Of a DNA stretch of 64,000 nt, positions 59,371 through 64,000 are shown piece by piece. Every line of letters begins with the position of its first letter. Position 1 is the first letter of the stretch. The position numbers and the translations under genes were made by a program. The stretch is from an uncultured Thermoleophilia bacterium (GTDB lineage: Bacteria; Actinomycetota; Thermoleophilia; Gaiellales; Gaiellaceae). Under the pieces are notes generated by a model. The model was not told the DNA's origin. It did not search any database and saw only the letters and a program-made list of their open reading frames with translations. The stretch lies in the NCBI GenBank assembly GCA_963838105.1, contig CAWIQC010000002.1:60069-124068 (forward strand). The letters are read 5' to 3'.

Positions 59371-59630
59371 GAGGCCGGTAGGGCGGCGGTAACAGCACGA
59401 ACACGCGTCGAGCCCCAGCCGGGCGCAATTCAGCGGCAACCGGTGGCGACTGCGGAAGCTTCGGAACGGCGGAAGCCAGAACCGTTGCCGCGGATTGCGA
59501 CCGCATGCGGTGAGAGCGTCACGGTAAGGAGGGAGTCGAGTTGGTTCGCCGAGGAACCCGACCTCGACCGGTCCGCCGCCCACGAGCTCGGTACTACTCG
59601 TAGTTCAGAGGCGTACCGGCGCGGCCGCGC

Positions 59631-60785
59631 TCACCGACCGGGGGATGTCGGCGCGCCTGCGTCCCGTGCCTCGAGCAGGTCGCGGACACGCACCTGCTCG
59701 GTCAGCAGACGGCGGAAGCGCTCCGGCTCACCCGCCACGTACGAGCGGCACAGCTCGCCGCCGGCGGGGTAGGTGATGATGTAGGTGCGCGAGGTCGGCT
59801 CGGTGAAGAAGCGGATCATGTGTGCGGCAAGCTTCGGCGTCATCAGCCCCCAGCGCTCGAGATACGCCTGCGTCTCGGCCTCGCTCGCTCCCTCTTCGTG
59901 CAGCATCAACGCCGCGTTGACCTCGGCCCACCGGCACGGCTCGTGGGCCCGCTCGACGGCCAATGCGTGAGCGAGATCGAGCTCGATGCCGGCGTCGTGC
60001 ACGACCGCGGCAAGCGCCGGCCCGGCCTCGCTTCCGAGCAGCACCTCCGGCGCGAGCACGGCGATCCCCTCAGAGACGAGCGACTGTGGCGTGGGCACCA
60101 GCACCAGCGTCTCCTCGAGCAGTCCGCGTCCGCGGACGAGCGAGTGCTCCTTGCTGGCTCGCTCCGTGTGGTGCCCGGGATAGGTCTCGTGGATCGCCAG
60201 GGTGAGCAGGTCGATGGCAGACAACGGCAGATCGACGTTGACGGCGACTCGGCTGCGAAGCGCTCCGAGGTAGCAACAGAAGGCCCACCATGGCTCGTCC
60301 CGCACGATCTCCAAGGAGATGCCCTCGCCGTCCGGCAGCTCGACCAGGCGACCCGTCCACGCACGCGCCTCTTCGATGACGGCCGCCAGCAGGCGCTCGA
60401 CCTGGTCGGCAGGCACGAGGCTCGAGCTCTGCCAGCGCTCGTGTCGCTCGGCCAGCGTGCCCTCGCCCGGGAGCAGCTCCTCGAGCCGCTCGTGCGCCGC
60501 CGCGAAGACCGCTTCGTCGGTGTAGGTCGGCCGGACGCCGTAACATCCTTCCACCTCGTCGGCGTAGGAGCCGTACTCGCCCGCCAGCACGCCCGCGTAG
60601 GTGCGTAGGCCGACTACCTGGTCGCGCAGCCAGCCGTCCTCGAGCTCGTCGAGCAGCGTCTCCGTCTCGACGACGAGTGTCCGCGGATCGACCGGCGGCT
60701 CCGCGTCGACGGCGGCCGCCAGCTCTGGAGGGCCGTAGTAGGCATCGACCATCCCCTCGACATGGCGCCCGAGCTGCAGCCCCAC
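59631..60785 (-). CDS. DUF885-family protein (metallopeptidase-like HE..PGHH motif)
   Basis: Intact 384 aa. AIHETYPGHHTE motif. Confidence 0.7.
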   Translation of the reverse strand: MGLQLGRHVEGMVDAYYGPPELAAAVDAEPPVDPRTLVVETETLLDELEDGWLRDQVVGLRTYAGVLAGEYGSYADEVEGCYGVRPTYTDEAVFAAAHERLEELLPGEGTLAERHERWQSSSLVPADQVERLLAAVIEEARAWTGRLVELPDGEGISLEIVRDEPWWAFCCYLGALRSRVAVNVDLPLSAIDLLTLAIHETYPGHHTERASKEHSLVRGRGLLEETLVLVPTPQSLVSEGIAVLAPEVLLGSEAGPALAAVVHDAGIELDLAHALAVERAHEPCRWAEVNAALMLHEEGASEAETQAYLERWGLMTPKLAAHMIRFFTEPTSRTYIITYPAGGELCRSYVAGEPERFRRLLTEQVRVRDLLEARDAGAPTSPGR

Positions 60786-60832
60786 CCGGAGGTAACGCTC
60801 GACCGGTAGCCTCGGTCACGCGATGCTCTATG

Positions 60833-61863
60833 TCAAGGCCGGATGAGGACCGGCGCGTGGTGGATGTGATCTTCTCCTCTGATCGTGAGCGTGCGGTAGA
60901 CGACGCGGGCAGGTGGCGCTTCAGGCAGCGGAGCGCTTCTTGCGGGTGTGGCCCTCGCTCTGCTTGCGGGCGAGGTAGGCCTGCGCGGGTGGGTGCATGC
61001 GGCCCTGAGTGACGGCGATGCGGTGCAGCGCGCAGTTGAGCTGGCGGTTGCCGGAGCGGTTGAGGCGGTGGCGTGCTTGGCGCCGCTGGAGGCGGGAAGT
61101 GGTGCGCGCCGGCGTGCATCGCGAGCTTGCGCTCGCTGGGGAAGCGCTCGGCGCCGGCGGTCTCGCCGAGAGCTTGGCGCGGTCAAGACGCCGCAGCCGG
61201 GGAGCGCGAGCAGCGCCGCGCTGCGCGCGCACGAGCGCGGCCGAGCTCGCGCTCGAGCTCTGTCGCGCGCCGGGTGAGCTCGCGGCAGCGCCGAGGAGCT
61301 CGCGGCAGATGCGCACCTGCGCGTCTGCTCGCGGCGGGCGAGGCGGCGAGCGAGGCGTTCGAGCCAGACGCGGCGGTCGAGGCAGCCGGCGGGCAGCTCG
61401 AGCTCGGGCTCGAGCTCGTGCAGGTGCCAGCGCAGGCGCTGCTGGATGCGCGTGCGCTCGGCACGAGATCCTCGCGGTGGTCGAGGAGGAGCCGGATCTC
61501 GCGCTCGGCGCCCTCGAGACGCGCCTGGGCAGCTCGCGGCTCGCGCAGCGCGCGCGGCGACGCGAGCGCGTCGATCGCGTCGGACTTGCCGCTCGCGCGA
61601 TCCGCGGCGCGCCCCGGCCATCAGCTTGGGCGGCACGCGCACGACCGCTCGCCGCGAGCCGAGCAGGAAGCGCTCGAGCGAGATGGAGACGTGCCGGCAG
61701 TCCTCGAGCGCCACACCGCTCCTCGCGAGCGCGCGCGCCAGGCCAGCAGCTCGCTCGTGCCCGGCCTGGCGCGCCTTCACCGTCGCTCGAAGGAGCTCGA
61801 CCGACGCCGCATCGACGACGACGGCGGTGTGGGTCTGCTTGTGGGGTCACCCGATACGATCAC
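60833..61863 (-). mobile_element. IS110-family transposase gene, heavily frame-broken (degraded IS); element ends not defined
   Basis: GDPHKQTHTAVVVD (DEDD N-terminal motif region), ALEDCRH, GKSDAIDA, LLDHREDLV, and C-terminal HRLNRSGNRQLNCALHRIAVTQ...EALRCLKRHL, spread over three frames. Confidence 0.8.
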
Positions 61864-62019
61864 TCCGGTCCCTTTCCTGAGGTGGCCATGACAGCGGAGC
61901 GCCAGCGGACAGGCCTCAGTGGGGGCGTAGCCACGCTCCTATCAGGTCACGCTGGCGCTCCTCGGACGGCGGCGGGCGACAGATCGCATGCAGGTCAGGC
62001 CGACAGGCCGACACCGAGC

Positions 62020-62532
62020 CTAAGGGTCAGCCCGCCGCCGACCCGAGCCTAACCGGCCGTCGGTACAGCCGGTCCGTGGGAACCAGGATGACACTGAGGC
62101 GAGCCTACGGCGTTTCCGGGTGCGGTGCCTCGAGCGCATCGAGGTCGGGTACTCCTCGAATTGCGGCAGGTCGTCGGTGATCTCGAACCACGGTGCCTTG
62201 GAGCCGACGAAGATGTGCTTGGTCGGCTGAATGCCGGGTGCGTCCACGAGCGATCCCAGCGCTACGTGCACGAATGTCCCGTCCCGCACCACGGAGAAGA
62301 GGAGCGAGCCGCAGGCCCCGCATCGGGTGTGATTCGAGTCTTCCTCGCCGAAGACCAGGAGCCTGTCCGGGCCGTCCGTGACCTCGAGCTTCTCCCGCTC
62401 GATGCCGGCGAACGCCTTGAACGCCGAGCCTGTCGCCGCCCGACAGTTCGAGCAGTGGCAGTTGGCGGCGTACAGGAACGCATCCGCGACCCTGTACCGA
62501 ACGCTGCCGCACTCGCACTTCCCGACGAGCAT
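62020..62532 (-). CDS. GFA-family (CENP-V/glutathione-dependent formaldehyde-activating enzyme-like) zinc protein with a probable read-through tail
   Basis: MLVGKCECGSVRY...ANCHCSNCRAATGS...RCGACGSLLF. About 43 extra residues after QFEEYP look non-native. Confidence 0.75.
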   Translation of the reverse strand: MLVGKCECGSVRYRVADAFLYAANCHCSNCRAATGSAFKAFAGIEREKLEVTDGPDRLLVFGEEDSNHTRCGACGSLLFSVVRDGTFVHVALGSLVDAPGIQPTKHIFVGSKAPWFEITDDLPQFEEYPTSMRSRHRTRKRRRLASVSSWFPRTGCTDGRLGSGRRRADP

Positions 62533-62695
62533 GCGGTTTTCCGCCTCGATCCCGGAGGACCCCTCTGCATCAATCACGGCTCCTCTCCCCGTTGCATCTG
62601 GACTCATGAGCTACTCCTCTCGCTCTCGACTGGTTGGTAGACCATCCCCGAGCGGCGAAGTCATCGCTTCACCCGACGCGCCGGAGCCGACCGGC

Positions 62696-62723
62696 TTGAC
62701 ATATTCCGATATAGGTATATAAT
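62696..62723 (+). promoter_or_regulatory. Near-consensus sigma-70 promoter (TTGACA, 16 nt, TATAAT) with overlapping imperfect palindrome ATATTCCGAT-ATAGGTATAT
   Basis: TATAAT ends 7 nt before the ArsR ATG (62731), implying a leaderless or near-leaderless transcript. Confidence 0.6.
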
Positions 62724-62730
62724 CTCGCGC

Positions 62731-63084
62731 ATGGCACGAGCAGCGACCACGGCGGATGCGTTCAACGCGGTCGCCGAGCCCCGGCGGCGGCAGATCCTGG
62801 ACGTCCTCGCCGGCGGGGAGCGCCCCGTGAACGACCTGGTGCGCGTGCTCGGGCTGGCCCAGCCACAGGTGTCCAAGCACCTGCGGGTGCTCCGAGAAGT
62901 GGGGGCGGTCGACGTGCGTGACGAAGGACGGCAGCGCCTGTACCGGCTGAACGGCCACGCGCTCAAGCCCATCCACGACTGGGTAAAGGACTACGAGGAC
63001 TCGTGGTCGGAGCGCTTCGACCGGCTGGACGTCGTATTGGAAGAGCTCAAGCAGAAGGAGGCAGGAAATGGTAGCGACGAGTAG
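62731..63084 (+). CDS. ArsR/SmtB-family transcriptional regulator
   Basis: FNAVAEPRRRQILDVLAGGERPVNDLVRVLGLAQPQVSKHLRVLREVGAV. Intact. Confidence 0.9.
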   Translation: MARAATTADAFNAVAEPRRRQILDVLAGGERPVNDLVRVLGLAQPQVSKHLRVLREVGAVDVRDEGRQRLYRLNGHALKPIHDWVKDYEDSWSERFDRLDVVLEELKQKEAGNGSDE

Positions 63085-63571
63085 CGGGACGGCGACGGTG
63101 ACATTGCCCACGGATGAGCAGATCCTCATCACGCGGGAGTTCGCGGCGCCCAAGCATCTGGTCTACGAGGCGTGGACCACGCCCGAGCTGGTCAAGCGCT
63201 GGTGGAACGCGAAGCGTGGCGAGGTGACCATCGCCGAGATCGACCTGCGCGTCGGCGGCAAGTGGCGCTACGTGATGATCGCGGAGGGCGGATTCGAGGT
63301 CGGCTTCCACGGCGAGTACCGCGAGATCGTCCCCAACGAGCGAATCGTCTCGACCGAGACCTATGAGGGCCTGCCGGAAGGCGTGTCTGAGGAGGACGGC
63401 TCGACGGTGAACACGGCGACGTTTACGGAGATGGACGGGCGCACGACCGTCACGCTCCTCGTGCAGGCCCCGAGCAAGGTGACCCGCGACGCCATCATCG
63501 AGTCCGGGATGGAGGCCGGGCTCCAGGACGCCATGGACCTCCTCGAGGAGGTCGCGGTCTCGCTTCGCTGA
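63068..63571 (+). CDS. SRPBCC-superfamily protein (AHSA1/Aha1-like domain)
   Basis: ITREFAAPKHLVYEAWTTPELVKRWW...GGKWRYVM...GEYREIVPNERIV.TE. Overlaps the ArsR gene by 17 nt. Intact. Confidence 0.9.
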   Translation: MVATSSGTATVTLPTDEQILITREFAAPKHLVYEAWTTPELVKRWWNAKRGEVTIAEIDLRVGGKWRYVMIAEGGFEVGFHGEYREIVPNERIVSTETYEGLPEGVSEEDGSTVNTATFTEMDGRTTVTLLVQAPSKVTRDAIIESGMEAGLQDAMDLLEEVAVSLR

Positions 63572-63596
63572 GCCGACGACCGCATCACGATCGAGG

Positions 63597-63626
63597 GGAG
63601 CCCCGGTGACGGGGCTCCTTCTTTCT
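63597..63626 (+). terminator. Rho-independent terminator after the ArsR-SRPBCC operon
   Basis: ggagccccg-gtga-cggggctcc followed by ttctttct. Confidence 0.7.
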
Positions 63627-63835
63627 CGAACGGCGCGACGAGAGAGTCGTCGACCGAGGAAACGCCACAGGCGACCTGGAGGTCGCCGCCGGGTCGGCGC
63701 ACCCGCACCGAGCAGTCGGTCGCCGGCGTCGAAGGAGGCGCTCGTGGGCGCCTGTGCTCGTCGACGGAATCGAGGGTGGACGAGCCCGGCATCGCCGTCG
63801 ACGGCGGCTTCCCGTACAGGTCGACGGTGGCCGTA

Positions 63836-64000
63836 CTAGCGAATGATGTCGATCGGCGTGCCCGGCGGGGCGAGCCTTCGAAGCCGCAACGCCGCGGAAT
63901 TTGCGACTCGGACGCAGTCCATGCGAGACAGCCTGGCCGAGGAGCTGGGGCTGGTTCGTCCCGTGGATGCCGACAATGCCGCCGCCCGGCCAGTCGGACA
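63836..64000 (-). CDS. L,D-transpeptidase (YkuD) catalytic domain, C-terminal fragment; gene starts outside the window; one frame break
   Basis: Reverse strand: IVGIHGTNQPQLLGQAVSHG / CVRVANSAALRLRRLAPPGTPIDIIR-stop (HG..ShGCvR motif). Confidence 0.65.
   Translation of the reverse strand, partial: CPTGRAAALSASTGRTSPSSSARLSRMDCVRVANSAALRLRRLAPPGTPIDIIR

Noticed and set aside
57707-59506. 599-aa minus-strand ORF
   Set aside because: Only the C-terminal 215 aa (the MOSC domain) is meaningful. The upstream part is an out-of-frame reading of the intact alpha/beta-hydrolase gene at 58351..59289.
59540-59602. Small Arg-rich ORF (RBS AAGGAGGG, then TTG, MVRRGTRPRPVRRPRARYYS) in the conserved upstream region
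   Set aside because: Its composition is what GC-rich non-coding DNA yields, and the paralogous region at 55202-55560 has no counterpart. It is not supported as a leader peptide.

Overview
Very GC-rich (not computed) chromosomal window from a high-GC Gram-positive-type bacterium. SARP regulators, a Cheo-type LexA box, type A RNase P RNA and partner-switching genes suggest a deep-branching Actinomycetota-like lineage, but that is inference only. I support about 55 protein genes, 2 tRNAs (Thr-UGU, Leu-GAG), RNase P RNA, two MITE copies, two families of palindromic repeats, a degraded IS110 and a probable integrative island next to rnpB.

Housekeeping content: gltX-like, cysS, rlmB, yacP-like NYN, pta, a Spo0H-type sigma factor, lspA, secG and lexA.

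Main finding: a roughly 13.4 kb minus-strand operon (26159-39590). It holds seven paralogous polytopic membrane modules that share a conserved cytoplasmic juxtamembrane segment and are joined by 4-nt ATGA/GTGA overlaps.
- Only the last paralog carries an output: GAF, PP2C phosphatase and an RsbW-like kinase.
- Two STAS genes follow it.
- An alpha/beta-hydrolase-adenylate cyclase gene and a small membrane gene are embedded in the array.
- An AfsR/SARP-type regulator is divergently transcribed.

Caveat: more than half of the genes, including essential ones, show frame breaks. Many coordinates are therefore approximate, and the breaks look more like indel errors than biology. Most long ORFs in the supplied track that are not listed below are GC-driven artefacts.
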